In this document: positions 49,335 to 59,375 of the stretch, piece after piece
How positions within the stretch are numbered: the first letter of the stretch is position 1
Layout of the letters: every line of letters starts with the position of its first letter
Source of the DNA: Pseudothermotoga sp.
GTDB lineage: Bacteria > Thermotogota > Thermotogae > Thermotogales > DSM-5069
Direction: 5' to 3' (one strand)
NCBI GenBank assembly: GCA_031962025.1
Contig: JAVRKW010000002.1
DNA: 64,000 bases
Translations under genes and position numbers: made by a program
The notes under the pieces: generated by a model
Told to the model about the DNA's origin: nothing
Databases searched by the model: none
The model's input: the letters and a program-made list of their open reading frames with translations, nothing else

Positions 49335-49357
49335 GAAAGCCGTGGGGGGCTTTTTTT
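49335..49357 (+). terminator. Terminator-like hairpin overlapping the LacI gene initiation region
   Basis: GAAAGCC-GTGGGG-GGCTTTT plus a T7 tract that includes the TTG start. Confidence 0.45.
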
Positions 49358-50249
49358 GAAGAAGATAACGATCAAAGACATTGCCGATATCGCAGGTGTG
49401 TCTATTTCAACGGTATCTCGTGTTCTGAACAAAAAGGGGAATGTTGATCCCCAGCTTAGAGAAAAGGTTTTGCAGGTGATAAAGGACACGGGTTTTCAGC
49501 CGAGCAGTTTTGCCCGTTCCTTTAGAAAAAATTCCGTGCAGGTTGATGTGGTACTCGATAAATGGGAAGAGCAGTATTTGAGAGTGCTGTATGGACTGGT
49601 TCAGAGCCTGTGGAATGAGCAGATCTCAACCAGTATTAAGACAGATTTGAACAATCTGGGTGATGTCGTCGTTGCAATTGGTGAAGAATTCGATGTTAGA
49701 TTTAATACCTCAATGATGATTGGTCAAGAATCATCATCCTGTTCGGTTATCTTTGATTATTTTTCAACGATCGATCTTTTGATAAAAGATTTGCTCAAAA
49801 AAGGTGTAAAGAGATTTGCATTTTTGTGTGAGAACCTGTCCAATTACAGAGCTTGTAAACTGTACAGTACATTTATGAAAGCCATGTTTCAGCACAGGAT
49901 TGACTCTTACGATGTAAAGGTACTCAATTCGAAAAGTCCTTATGATGCCATCATGGAATTGACAGTCCTGCCGGATACGATTTTTTGTAGCAAAGACGAC
50001 ATAGCAGCGGGTGTAATAAGGGTTTTGAAAAACGAAGGTGTAAAGATACCACAGCAGGTTTCAGTTGTTGGATATGGAAATTTTGCCTTTGGAAGTCTTT
50101 TAGAACCAGCGCTGAGCAGTGTGGAGTACATGAACGAGGAGACTGGAAAAATCTGCGGTCAGTACTTGATCAAAATGATCAGAGGCGAGCAGGTGCCTGA
50201 AAGGATAATTCTGAGCACGAGACTGGTAAAAAGAGAGAGTGTTTTATGA
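49356..50249 (+). CDS. LacI family transcriptional regulator
   Basis: TIKDIADIAGVSISTVSRVLN HTH; C-terminal IPQQVSVVGY, L..RES. Confidence 0.93.
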   Translation: MKKITIKDIADIAGVSISTVSRVLNKKGNVDPQLREKVLQVIKDTGFQPSSFARSFRKNSVQVDVVLDKWEEQYLRVLYGLVQSLWNEQISTSIKTDLNNLGDVVVAIGEEFDVRFNTSMMIGQESSSCSVIFDYFSTIDLLIKDLLKKGVKRFAFLCENLSNYRACKLYSTFMKAMFQHRIDSYDVKVLNSKSPYDAIMELTVLPDTIFCSKDDIAAGVIRVLKNEGVKIPQQVSVVGYGNFAFGSLLEPALSSVEYMNEETGKICGQYLIKMIRGEQVPERIILSTRLVKRESVL

Positions 50250-51070
50250 AAAAAGCTGTATTTTTGCTGTTGATCGTCACGTTCATATGGGGTTTAACTT
50301 TTCCCATACAAAAAATTGCGCTGCAAGGAATTAACCCGTTTTTCTACAATTTTTTGAGATTTCTGGTCGCATTCCTTTTAACCATTGTCTTTTTCAGAAA
50401 AAAGCCTTCCTGGAGAAAAGGACTGATTTTAGGTTTTTTCCTGGCTGTTGCATACGCAACTCAAACAAGTGGCTTGAAAATAACAAGCTCGACCAAGAGT
50501 GGATTTATAACCTCCCTTTATATACCATTTGTGCCATTTTTTTCATACTTCATAGAGAAAAGCAAACCGACTCTGTCCCAGGTGATTTCTTTTCTGATTT
50601 CCGTTGTTGGGCTTTACATGCTCAACGATCCATCGAAAGATCCTTTCAACGTCGGTGATCTTTTAACGTTGATCTGTGCCGTGGCTTTTTCAATTCATGT
50701 GGTTCTGATAACTCATTTTACAAAAGCCAAAGATGATGAGATATCTCTCCTTGCACCGCAGTTTTTGCTGACAGCTCTTATAAATTTTGTATTGAGCCCG
50801 ATTGGTGGTGATTTGAAAATCAACGCCGCAGCAACTTATGCGCTCATGTTCACGGCATTCTTTGCTACGATCTTTGCGGTCTGGGTGCAACTCAAGTTTC
50901 AAAAGCATGTTGGTTCAAATATTTCTGCTTTGATATACGTTGGAGAACCGGTTTTCGCGGCTTTGTTTTCGTTTTTGATGCTATCTGAAAAAATGTCTCT
51001 GGTTCAGTTTATCGGTATGATCTTGCTGATTTTTGCCATGATTGTAGGAGTTATCAGAAAAGCCAGTTGA
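50246..51070 (+). CDS. DMT/EamA family transporter
   Basis: IWGLTF, RFLVA, GDLLTL, EPVFAALFS; about 10 TMs. Confidence 0.92.
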   Translation: MKKAVFLLLIVTFIWGLTFPIQKIALQGINPFFYNFLRFLVAFLLTIVFFRKKPSWRKGLILGFFLAVAYATQTSGLKITSSTKSGFITSLYIPFVPFFSYFIEKSKPTLSQVISFLISVVGLYMLNDPSKDPFNVGDLLTLICAVAFSIHVVLITHFTKAKDDEISLLAPQFLLTALINFVLSPIGGDLKINAAATYALMFTAFFATIFAVWVQLKFQKHVGSNISALIYVGEPVFAALFSFLMLSEKMSLVQFIGMILLIFAMIVGVIRKAS

Positions 51071-51071
51071 G

Positions 51072-51581
51072 GTGATTTTGATGAGCGTTATTTACCAAAG
51101 AAGGAGTATCAGAAAATATCAGGACAGAGAAGTTGAAGATGAGCTTGTTTTAGAGATCATAAAAGCGGCAATGTACGCACCATCTGCCGGTAACGAACAG
51201 CCCTGGCATTTTATCGTGATAAAAAACAGAGAAATAAAACAAAAGATCGCTCAAATACATCCCTATGCGAAGATGCTTTTGAAAGCACCAGTGGCTGTTG
51301 TTGTTTGTGCCGATCTGAATCTGATCAAATACGGTGATTTCTGGGTTCAGGATTGTTCTGCAGCCACACAGAACATGCTTTTAAGAGCGACTGAACTTGG
51401 ACTTGGCACTGTGTGGTGTGGTATTTATCCTGATCAGGAAAGGGTGAAGGGCTTGGGAACATTGCTGAACCTGCCTGATCATGTGGTAGCTTTCTCGCTG
51501 GTCTGTGTCGGATATCCAGCCGAAAAGCCTGAGCCTGTTGACAGGTTCAAAAAAGATCGTATACATTTTGAAAGGTGGTAG
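51072..51581 (+). CDS. Nitroreductase family protein
   Basis: RRSIRKY, APSAGNEQPW, QNMLL.A..LGLGTVW. Confidence 0.94.
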   Translation: MILMSVIYQRRSIRKYQDREVEDELVLEIIKAAMYAPSAGNEQPWHFIVIKNREIKQKIAQIHPYAKMLLKAPVAVVVCADLNLIKYGDFWVQDCSAATQNMLLRATELGLGTVWCGIYPDQERVKGLGTLLNLPDHVVAFSLVCVGYPAEKPEPVDRFKKDRIHFERW

Positions 51582-51584
51582 AGC

Positions 51585-52442
51585 ATGTTCGAAAAAAAGA
51601 TCGCCCTTGAATCCACGGTTATTGCACACGGTTTGCCAAAACCGGTCAATATAAAAGTGGCACTCGAACTCGAACAAATAGTAAGGCAAAACGACTGCAC
51701 ACCGTGTACTGTTGGCATCATCGATGGTCAGATCAAGGTCGGTTTGAGCAAAGAAGAGATAATTGAAATCGGTACGAGAAACGATGTGATAAAGGTTGGC
51801 ACTGCGGAAATACCGGTTGCAGTGGCTCTGAAAAAATCTGCCGCGACGACGGTGAGTGCAACTATGCGTATTGCTCATCTGAATGGGATAAGGGTCTTTG
51901 CAACGGGCGGTATAGGAGGTGTTCATTCAACTGAACACTGGGATGTATCACAGGATTTGATGGAACTTGCAAAAACCAGGATGATAGTTGTAAGTGCTGG
52001 ACCAAAGTCGATTCTGGATCTACAATCGACTGTGGAGATGCTCGAAAGTTTACAGGTTACTGTTGTTGGGTATAGAACAGACAGACTGCCTGCTTTTTAC
52101 TGCAAATCCACAGATCTGAAGATCACAAAAGTCGATAGTGCAGAACAAATTGCTTCGATTTTTCTGCAAAAAGAAAAACTGGATCTGTCCGGTGCATTGC
52201 TCGTCTTCAATCCCATTCCAGAGGATCATGCGATCGAACAGGAAGAGTTTGAAAAATGGCAGCAGATGGCTCAAAGAGATCTTCAAAGATCTGGTATCGA
52301 GGGCAAGGATGTCACTCCGTTTTTACTCTCAAGATTAGCCTACTATTCCAATGGGAAAACTGTTCAGAGCAACATTGAGCTTCTCAAAAACAACGTGAAG
52401 CTTGCCTGTGATATTGTCAATCAGCTCTGGAAAATGCAGTAG
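51585..52442 (+). CDS. psuG: Pseudouridine-5'-phosphate glycosidase (IndA/PsuG family)
   Basis: ALESTVIAHGLP, ATTVSATM, FATGGIGGVH, DVSQDL, GPKSILD, GKDVTPFLL. Confidence 0.93.
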   Translation: MFEKKIALESTVIAHGLPKPVNIKVALELEQIVRQNDCTPCTVGIIDGQIKVGLSKEEIIEIGTRNDVIKVGTAEIPVAVALKKSAATTVSATMRIAHLNGIRVFATGGIGGVHSTEHWDVSQDLMELAKTRMIVVSAGPKSILDLQSTVEMLESLQVTVVGYRTDRLPAFYCKSTDLKITKVDSAEQIASIFLQKEKLDLSGALLVFNPIPEDHAIEQEEFEKWQQMAQRDLQRSGIEGKDVTPFLLSRLAYYSNGKTVQSNIELLKNNVKLACDIVNQLWKMQ

Positions 52443-52451
52443 ATATCCGCT

Positions 52452-53870
52452 CTATTCCACAGTGTGCACCTTCAACATGTTAGTTGTGCCCACTACACCG
52501 CACGGCGCACCGGAGGTCACAACGACGATATCAGAGCTATCGACGTATCCAAGGGATTTCACTTTTTCAACCGCAACGTGGATCATTATATCCGTCGAGT
52601 GGACCTCCGGGACGAGTATTGGAATAACTCCCCACACAATCGAGAGCTGATTGAAGGTATCCTGGTCCGGTGTTGTTGCGATGATCGGACACAGCGGTCT
52701 GAAATGAGATACTCTTCGGGCTGTACTTCCAGAAGCGGTCGAGGTTATTATTGCCTTTGCCTTTATTTCTTCAGCCACGTAATAACAGGATTTTGCTATC
52801 GCTTCGGAAGGATCTTCAGTCTGTTCAAAATGTCTGTAGGTAGTAATTGTCCTGTTGTCTTTGAGGTGTTTTTCCACGTTTTCGATGATCTTGTTTGCCA
52901 TCTGGACAACCTGCAACGGGTAATTGCCTACGGCTGTTTCCGATGTGAACAGGATGGCATCAGCCGTGTCGAACACCGCACTTGCTACATCTATCACTTC
53001 TGCTCTTGTTGGATATTGATTTTCAACCATCGATCCCAGGATCTGTGTCGCTATGATAACCGGTATTCTGTATTTGGATGCCACCTGTATGATTTTTTTC
53101 TGAACAACGGGCAGTTCTTCCAACGAGGTTTCTGCCGCAAGATCCCCCCTTGCAATTATCACTCCATCGCTGTTTTCACAGATCTGGTCGATATCTTCCA
53201 CTGCCTTTTTGGTTTCTATTTTTGCGATTACTCCGGCACCTGGATTGATCGATTCGATAATTCTCCGTGCTTCTTTCACGTCTTTTGAGTTTTTAACAAA
53301 CGAGAGGCAGAAAAAGTTGACCGACATTTTTCCACACTCATTTATTATTCTTTTGTCTTCTTCGCTCAATGCGGGAATTGATAGATCAGACTCAGGCAAG
53401 TTCACACCACAATTTTTTTTGATCACTCCCGGCACTTCAACAACGCATTCGATCTTTTTGCCGGAGATTTTCGTGACCCTCAGTCTTATTTTTCCATCGT
53501 CGATCAATATGGGATCGTCAACTTTGACTTCTTGGGCTAATCTTGGGTAGTCGATACTGATTAGCCCTTTTGTAGATGTCGTTTTTTCTGTCGTTATTGT
53601 CACTTTTTCTGCATAAGATAATTCAATGAACTCTTCTTTCTGCTCCCCGGTTCTCAACTTAGAACCGGGCAGATCTACAATGATCGCCACAGGTATGTTC
53701 ATATCATCTCTGATTTCTTTGACGGTATCTATGATTTTTTTGAGTTTTTCTGTGTCATAGTGAACAGCATTGAGTCTGATACCATTCACACCAGCCTGCA
53801 GCAGTTGTTTAATTGTCTGTGGATCTTCTGTTTTTGGACCTATAGTGCATATTATCTTTGATTTTCTCAT
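52452..53870 (-). CDS. pyk: Pyruvate kinase (divergent motifs)
   Basis: KIICTIGP, AKIE, ARGDL, ATQ, PTRAE, ETAVG, GTTN; follows pfkA. Confidence 0.9.
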   Translation of the reverse strand: MRKSKIICTIGPKTEDPQTIKQLLQAGVNGIRLNAVHYDTEKLKKIIDTVKEIRDDMNIPVAIIVDLPGSKLRTGEQKEEFIELSYAEKVTITTEKTTSTKGLISIDYPRLAQEVKVDDPILIDDGKIRLRVTKISGKKIECVVEVPGVIKKNCGVNLPESDLSIPALSEEDKRIINECGKMSVNFFCLSFVKNSKDVKEARRIIESINPGAGVIAKIETKKAVEDIDQICENSDGVIIARGDLAAETSLEELPVVQKKIIQVASKYRIPVIIATQILGSMVENQYPTRAEVIDVASAVFDTADAILFTSETAVGNYPLQVVQMANKIIENVEKHLKDNRTITTYRHFEQTEDPSEAIAKSCYYVAEEIKAKAIITSTASGSTARRVSHFRPLCPIIATTPDQDTFNQLSIVWGVIPILVPEVHSTDIMIHVAVEKVKSLGYVDSSDIVVVTSGAPCGVVGTTNMLKVHTVE

Positions 53871-53879
53871 TCTCTCACC

Positions 53880-54839
53880 TCAGGAGAGAATGTATGTCAA
53901 TTGATAAAGCGATAAATCCAGGGTCTTTTTTTCTTTGAGTACATCTTCTATCGGTACAGTGACGATCTTTCCAAATTGCAGAGCTGTCATAACACAGCTT
54001 TTTTTCTCAAGGAGTGCTTTAACAGCCTCTGCACCCATTCGGGTTGCCAGTAGCCTGTCAAATGCCGTTGGGCTTCCGCCGCGCTGTATGTGACCAAGTA
54101 TCGATATTCGTGTTTCATATCCGATTTTGTCCTGAAGGTTCTTTGCCACATTGAGAGCTCCTCCGGCGCCTTCTGCGACCACTATGATGCAGTTTATTTT
54201 TCCCCTTTTTCTTTCTTCAAGCAATCTTGCGGCTAATTTGTCCCAATCTATGGGTATCTCGGGTACGATTGCAGCTTCTGCACCTGTTGCAAGTGCGGCA
54301 TTGAGAGCGATATAACCGGAAGACCTTCCCATCACTTCAACGATGAACGCCCGTTCATGTGAAGTTGCAGTGTCTTTCAGCTTTTGAATGGCTTCAACAA
54401 CTGTATTTAAGCACGTATCCACACCCACGCACATGTCGGTTTGTGATATATCGTTGTCTATGGTACCGGGTATTCCAACAACTGGTATGTGATGCTCCTG
54501 GTACAGAAGTTTTGCACCCGTTAAGCTCCCTTCACCACCTATAACGACCAGTCCTTCTATGCCAGCAGCTTTTAACTGCTCAGCAGCCTTTTCCCTGCCT
54601 TCTTTTGTGTAGAACTCACCGCATCTGCTTGTTCTGAGAATCGTTCCACCTCTTTCCATGATACCTGCGACATCTGGAAAATGCATTTCCCTGAACGCAC
54701 CGTCTATCAGTCCGCAATAGCCTCTTTCTATTCCGATGACTCTCAGGTCATTTCTCACTGCGAATCTCACAACGGCTCTGATAGCCGCGTTCATACCCGG
54801 TGAATCTCCACCACTTGTTAACACACCTATGGTTTTCAC
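53880..54839 (-). CDS. pfkA: ATP-dependent 6-phosphofructokinase
   Basis: [19 protein letters not shown] (Gly = ATP type), [20 protein letters not shown]. Confidence 0.97.
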   Translation of the reverse strand: MKTIGVLTSGGDSPGMNAAIRAVVRFAVRNDLRVIGIERGYCGLIDGAFREMHFPDVAGIMERGGTILRTSRCGEFYTKEGREKAAEQLKAAGIEGLVVIGGEGSLTGAKLLYQEHHIPVVGIPGTIDNDISQTDMCVGVDTCLNTVVEAIQKLKDTATSHERAFIVEVMGRSSGYIALNAALATGAEAAIVPEIPIDWDKLAARLLEERKRGKINCIIVVAEGAGGALNVAKNLQDKIGYETRISILGHIQRGGSPTAFDRLLATRMGAEAVKALLEKKSCVMTALQFGKIVTVPIEDVLKEKKTLDLSLYQLTYILS

Positions 54840-54901
54840 TTTTTGTCACCTCCTGGTGTAAAATCGATACTGGATTGATTATACAACGGGAGGAAGTTAC
54901 C

Positions 54902-55126
54902 TTGTGGAAGGTCCTGATACAGGAAATTGATTTGACAACGGCAAATATTGTAAAATCTCTGCTTCAGGAAAATGGTATACAGGTCCTGATCAAACCGGGT
55001 AGTTTTGATCCGGTCATCTTCGGTCAGGGTGGGCTGGTTCAGATAATGGTCATGGAAGATGATCTGCAAAAAGCTCAACAGATAATTAAGGAGGCGCTTA
55101 GAAGTGAAGAGAACACCTCTTTATGA
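54902..55126 (+). CDS. DUF2007-like small putative signal-transducing protein
   Basis: GGGAGG RBS + TTG; ANIVKSLLQENGI...IMV.E.DL..A..I. Confidence 0.75.
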   Translation: MWKVLIQEIDLTTANIVKSLLQENGIQVLIKPGSFDPVIFGQGGLVQIMVMEDDLQKAQQIIKEALRSEENTSL

Positions 55127-56192
55127 GAATCACATTTCTTTAAAAGCAAAAATGGTTGATTTTGCGGGCTGGGAGATGCCTCTTCAGTATGAAGGTATTA
55201 CCAGCGAGGTCATGAATGTGAGAAAAAACGTTGGAATTTTCGATGTTTCTCACATGGGTGAAATCGTCGTTGAAGGAGAAGACACTGTGAGATTTGTTGA
55301 CCATCTGCTTACAAATTCTTTTGGGTCTTTAAAGGTTGGTCAGGTGATGTACACAACCATGTGCAATGAAAAAGGCGGAATCATAGACGATCTACTTGCT
55401 TACAGATTGGGTGAAAAGCGGGCGATGCTCGTTGTGAATGCAGCCAATACAGATAAAGATTTCAAATGGATTGTTGAAAAATCAGCCGGCTTTGACGTGA
55501 AAGTCACCGACCTTTCAATGGAATACGGACTCATAGCAGTTCAGGGACCGATGAGCGAGCAATTTTTGAGAAAGTTTTCGCCGGACATCGTTAGTCTATC
55601 CTATTACACCTTTGGTAGCTATACGATCTTTGGCAAGTACTGTATCATTTCCAGAACAGGCTACACCGGTGAGGATGGTTTTGAAATATACTGCAGATGG
55701 AATGACACTCCATTCATATGGAATGAATTGCTCTTACGCGGAGAAGATCTGAACGTTAAGCCGGCAGGGCTTGGTGCCAGAGATATCTGCAGACTCGAAG
55801 CTTCGTATATGCTTTACGGTAATGACATGGACGATAGTGTAACCCCATTGGAGGCAGGGCTTTCATGGGTTGTGAAGTTTGATAAGGATTTCATAGGTAA
55901 AGATAGTCTTTTGAAGCAAAAAGAGGAAGGCTTGAGAAGAAGAATAAGGGGCTTGGAAATTCTGGACAAGAGAATCGCAAGACATGGTATGGAAGTTTTC
56001 AAAGACGGAGAAAAAGTAGGTGTGATAACAAGTGGTGGCTTTTCACCTACTCTGAGCAAATCGATAGCACTTGCCATGCTTGACAATCGGATGAAACTTT
56101 CAGACGAGGTCGAAGTTGACATAAGAGGAGTGAGGGTGAAGGCAAGGGTTGTGAAATTACCTTTCTATAGAGGATCGGTAAAAACTTCATAG
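55104..56192 (+). CDS. gcvT: Glycine cleavage system aminomethyltransferase T
   Basis: RTPLY, FAGWEMP, FDVSHMG, SRTGYTGEDGFE, GLGARD..RLEA. Confidence 0.98.
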   Translation: MKRTPLYENHISLKAKMVDFAGWEMPLQYEGITSEVMNVRKNVGIFDVSHMGEIVVEGEDTVRFVDHLLTNSFGSLKVGQVMYTTMCNEKGGIIDDLLAYRLGEKRAMLVVNAANTDKDFKWIVEKSAGFDVKVTDLSMEYGLIAVQGPMSEQFLRKFSPDIVSLSYYTFGSYTIFGKYCIISRTGYTGEDGFEIYCRWNDTPFIWNELLLRGEDLNVKPAGLGARDICRLEASYMLYGNDMDDSVTPLEAGLSWVVKFDKDFIGKDSLLKQKEEGLRRRIRGLEILDKRIARHGMEVFKDGEKVGVITSGGFSPTLSKSIALAMLDNRMKLSDEVEVDIRGVRVKARVVKLPFYRGSVKTS

Positions 56193-56204
56193 GAGGTGTA
56201 AGGA

Positions 56205-56576
56205 ATGAAAAAGTACGCAAAAACCCATGAATGGGTTGTGGTTGATGGAAAGATCGCGACGGTAGGAATAACCAACTTTGCACAGGACAAACTCGGAGAT
56301 GTGGTTTACGTTGATCTACCGCAGATTGGAAAGGTTGTGAAAAAAGGAGATTCGTTCATGAGTATCGAGTCTGTAAAAGCGGCAAGTGATATCTACGCAC
56401 CGGTTAGTGGCAAGATAATCGAAGTGAACGAAAAGCTCAATGACCAGCCAGAACTTGTGAATAAAGATCCTGAAGGTAAAGGATGGCTTGTCAAAATCGA
56501 AATGAGCGACGAAAAGGAACTCAACCAACTTCTCGATGAGGAGGCTTACAAAAAGTTGTGCAAGGAGGAAGGATAA
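56205..56576 (+). CDS. gcvH: Glycine cleavage system H protein
   Basis: HEWV, GIT.FAQ..LGDVV, ESVKAASD (lipoyl Lys). Confidence 0.98.
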   Translation: MKKYAKTHEWVVVDGKIATVGITNFAQDKLGDVVYVDLPQIGKVVKKGDSFMSIESVKAASDIYAPVSGKIIEVNEKLNDQPELVNKDPEGKGWLVKIEMSDEKELNQLLDEEAYKKLCKEEG

Positions 56577-57907
56577 TGCATCCTTATATTCCTCATACAG
56601 ATGAAGAGATTCAAAAGATGCTGCACACGATTGGTGTGCAGCGTATTGATGATCTGTATAAAGATGTTCCGATAACTGTTAAAGAGTTGAATATCCCGGA
56701 TGGTCTTGATGAATTCACTGTTGTTTCTTTGCTCAAATCCCTTGCTGATCAGAATAAGGTTATAGAGGAATCGAAAATTTTCATGGGTGCCGGTATATAC
56801 GCACATTACATTCCTCAGGTGGTGAAGTCACTCGCTTCAAGACCGGAGTTTGTGACCGCGTACACACCTTACCAGGCAGAGGTTTCTCAGGGCACTCTTC
56901 AGGCTTTATTCGAGTATCAGACGATGATCTGTGAGCTGACGGGTATGGAAGTTGCGAATTCTTCGATGTATGATGGAGCATCTGCTCTTGCAGAAGCCAT
57001 TTTGATGGCTCACAGAATAAACGGCAGGCACAGGGTTTTGATAAGCAAAGCCGTTCATCCAGAATATTTTCAAACCAGTCTCACCTACGCATCTGCTCAA
57101 AAACTCGTTTTTGAGAAAATACCGCTTGACAATTCTGGCAGGACAAACGTAGATGCTCTGAAAAAACTGGTCAATGATGACACCTGTACTGTTGTAGTTC
57201 AGTATCCAAATTTCTTTGGAATAATAGAAGATCTCAAACTGATCAAGGAGAACATAAAAGATGCTGTTTTTATTGTTGTAGCTGAGCCTTTTTCTCTGTC
57301 AGTACTCGAACCACCTTCGTCTTTTGGCGCGGATATCGTCGTTGGAGATGGACAACCTCTTGGTATCTGTATGAACTACGGAGGTCCAACGGTGGGTTTC
57401 TTGGCAACACTTGAAAAGCACGTTCGAAAAATGCCCGGTAGGTTGATAGGTGAAACAACAGATGTTGATGGCAACAAGGGTTATGTGATGATTCTTCAAA
57501 CAAGAGAACAGCATATCAGAAGGGAAAAAGCCACATCTAATATCTGTACCAACCACGCTCTGATGGCTGTTACCAATGCCATATTCATGAGCATAATGGG
57601 TCCGGATGGTCTAAGGCAGGTGGCACAGCAAAGTTATTCAAACGCACATTATTTCGCAGATAAGTTAAAACAAAAGGGCTTCAGGTTGTTGTTTGACGGT
57701 CCATTTTTCAACGAGTTTGCTGTCAGATTCACACAGGATTATGACTCAAGATGGAGAAAGATCTTTGAATATGGAATACTTGGACCGCTTCCGCTGGGCT
57801 GGTACTTTGAAGAATACAGCGACTGTGGTCTTGCCTGCGCAACAGAGGTTAATACAAGGCAGAGTATTGATAGCTTTGTGGAACTTTTGGGGCGTGATGA
57901 GTTATGA
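56576..57907 (+). CDS. gcvPA: Glycine dehydrogenase subunit 1
   Basis: [42 protein letters not shown] overlap with gcvH. Confidence 0.97.
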   Translation: MHPYIPHTDEEIQKMLHTIGVQRIDDLYKDVPITVKELNIPDGLDEFTVVSLLKSLADQNKVIEESKIFMGAGIYAHYIPQVVKSLASRPEFVTAYTPYQAEVSQGTLQALFEYQTMICELTGMEVANSSMYDGASALAEAILMAHRINGRHRVLISKAVHPEYFQTSLTYASAQKLVFEKIPLDNSGRTNVDALKKLVNDDTCTVVVQYPNFFGIIEDLKLIKENIKDAVFIVVAEPFSLSVLEPPSSFGADIVVGDGQPLGICMNYGGPTVGFLATLEKHVRKMPGRLIGETTDVDGNKGYVMILQTREQHIRREKATSNICTNHALMAVTNAIFMSIMGPDGLRQVAQQSYSNAHYFADKLKQKGFRLLFDGPFFNEFAVRFTQDYDSRWRKIFEYGILGPLPLGWYFEEYSDCGLACATEVNTRQSIDSFVELLGRDEL

Positions 57908-59343
57908 CGATATTTGAAAAATCAGTTGCTGGTAGAAAAGGATTCAGACTGCCGAAGTCGGATATCGAGAAAAGAGAGTACGATTTTGAAGATCATTTGA
58001 TAAGGAAGAAATCTTTGAATTTGCCTGAGCTTTCTGAACCAGATGTGGTCAGACATTACACAGAACTGGCAGGCAAGAATTACTCAGTTGATAAAGGATT
58101 TTATCCACTCGGTTCGTGCACTATGAAGTACAATCCGAAGGTAAACGAATATGTGGCATCTGTCGATGGTTTTACGCAGATACACCCTTACCAGCCATGG
58201 GAATTCACACAGGGGTCACTCAGGTTGATGTTTGAACTCAAAAAACTGCTGTGTGAGATCACAGGGATGGATGAAATGACATTGCAGCCTGCCGCTGGTG
58301 CACATGGAGAACTTACAGGTATGTTGATTGCAAGGGCATATCATCTGGCTAAGAACGACACAAAAAGGCATATAGCACTTGTCCCTGATTCGGCACACGG
58401 GACAAATCCTGCTTCTGCTGCGATGGCTGGGTTTGATGTCGTAGAACTGAAATCAACTGAAGATGGTCTGGTCGATCTTGAAGAACTCAAAAACCATCTA
58501 AACGATGAAGTTGCTGTTTTGATGCTGACAAACCCAAATACGCTGGGATTGTTTGAAAAAGACATCTTGAAAATTGCGCAGATGGTTCATGACGCAGGTG
58601 CACTGCTGTACTATGATGGTGCAAATCTCAACGCAATCATGGGAAGAGTAAGACCCGGTGACACAGGTTTTGATATAGTCCATCTCAATCTCCACAAAAC
58701 TTTCTCCGCACCACATGGTATGGGTGGACCTGGAAGTGGACCTGTTGGTGTGAAAAAATTTCTTGAAGAATTCCTGCCAGTACCAGTTATTAGAAAGAAA
58801 GACGACACTTACTATCCAGACTTCGACGTACCAAAGAGTATAGGAAGAGTGAGGAGTTTTTATGGTAACTTTTCTGTACTCGTGAAAGCATACACCTATA
58901 TACTGATGATGGGAAAGGATGGACTTACTCATGCATCACAGATGGCTGTCTTGAACGCAAATTACCTGAGAACATTGATCTCAAAATTTTTGAAAATTGC
59001 TTCGCCGCGAACTTGCATGCATGAATTTGTGGTTGACGGCAGTGAGTTTGCTAAGCAAACAGGGGTAAAGATCTTGGATGTCGCAAAAAGATTGCTCGAT
59101 TACGGTATGCACGCTCCAACAGTTTACTTTCCACTGATAGTTCACGAAGCCATGATGATAGAGCCAACCGAGACAGAAAGTAAAGATACTCTTGACAAAT
59201 TCGCAGAAGTTTTGCAAACAATAGTTCAAGAAGCAAAGACAAATCCGCAAATTGTGAAAAACGCTCCCTGCAAAACCCCGGTAAAAAGGCTCGATGACGT
59301 CACAGCGACTAAAAAACCAGTTTACAGATGGAAAATGGATTGA
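57904..59343 (+). CDS. gcvPB: Glycine dehydrogenase subunit 2
   Basis: [27 protein letters not shown] (PLP Lys), IEPTETES. Confidence 0.98.
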   Translation: MTIFEKSVAGRKGFRLPKSDIEKREYDFEDHLIRKKSLNLPELSEPDVVRHYTELAGKNYSVDKGFYPLGSCTMKYNPKVNEYVASVDGFTQIHPYQPWEFTQGSLRLMFELKKLLCEITGMDEMTLQPAAGAHGELTGMLIARAYHLAKNDTKRHIALVPDSAHGTNPASAAMAGFDVVELKSTEDGLVDLEELKNHLNDEVAVLMLTNPNTLGLFEKDILKIAQMVHDAGALLYYDGANLNAIMGRVRPGDTGFDIVHLNLHKTFSAPHGMGGPGSGPVGVKKFLEEFLPVPVIRKKDDTYYPDFDVPKSIGRVRSFYGNFSVLVKAYTYILMMGKDGLTHASQMAVLNANYLRTLISKFLKIASPRTCMHEFVVDGSEFAKQTGVKILDVAKRLLDYGMHAPTVYFPLIVHEAMMIEPTETESKDTLDKFAEVLQTIVQEAKTNPQIVKNAPCKTPVKRLDDVTATKKPVYRWKMD

Positions 59344-59349
59344 AAAAAT

Positions 59350-59375
59350 AAAAGGGGACTAAAGTCCCCTTTTTT
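59350..59375. terminator. Bidirectional rho-independent terminator
   Basis: AAAAGGGGAC-TAAA-GTCCCCTTTTTT between convergent genes. Confidence 0.9.

Noticed and set aside
52464..53288. 274-aa ORF on + strand
   Set aside because: Entirely antisense to pyk, with no RBS or recognisable motif; shadow ORF.
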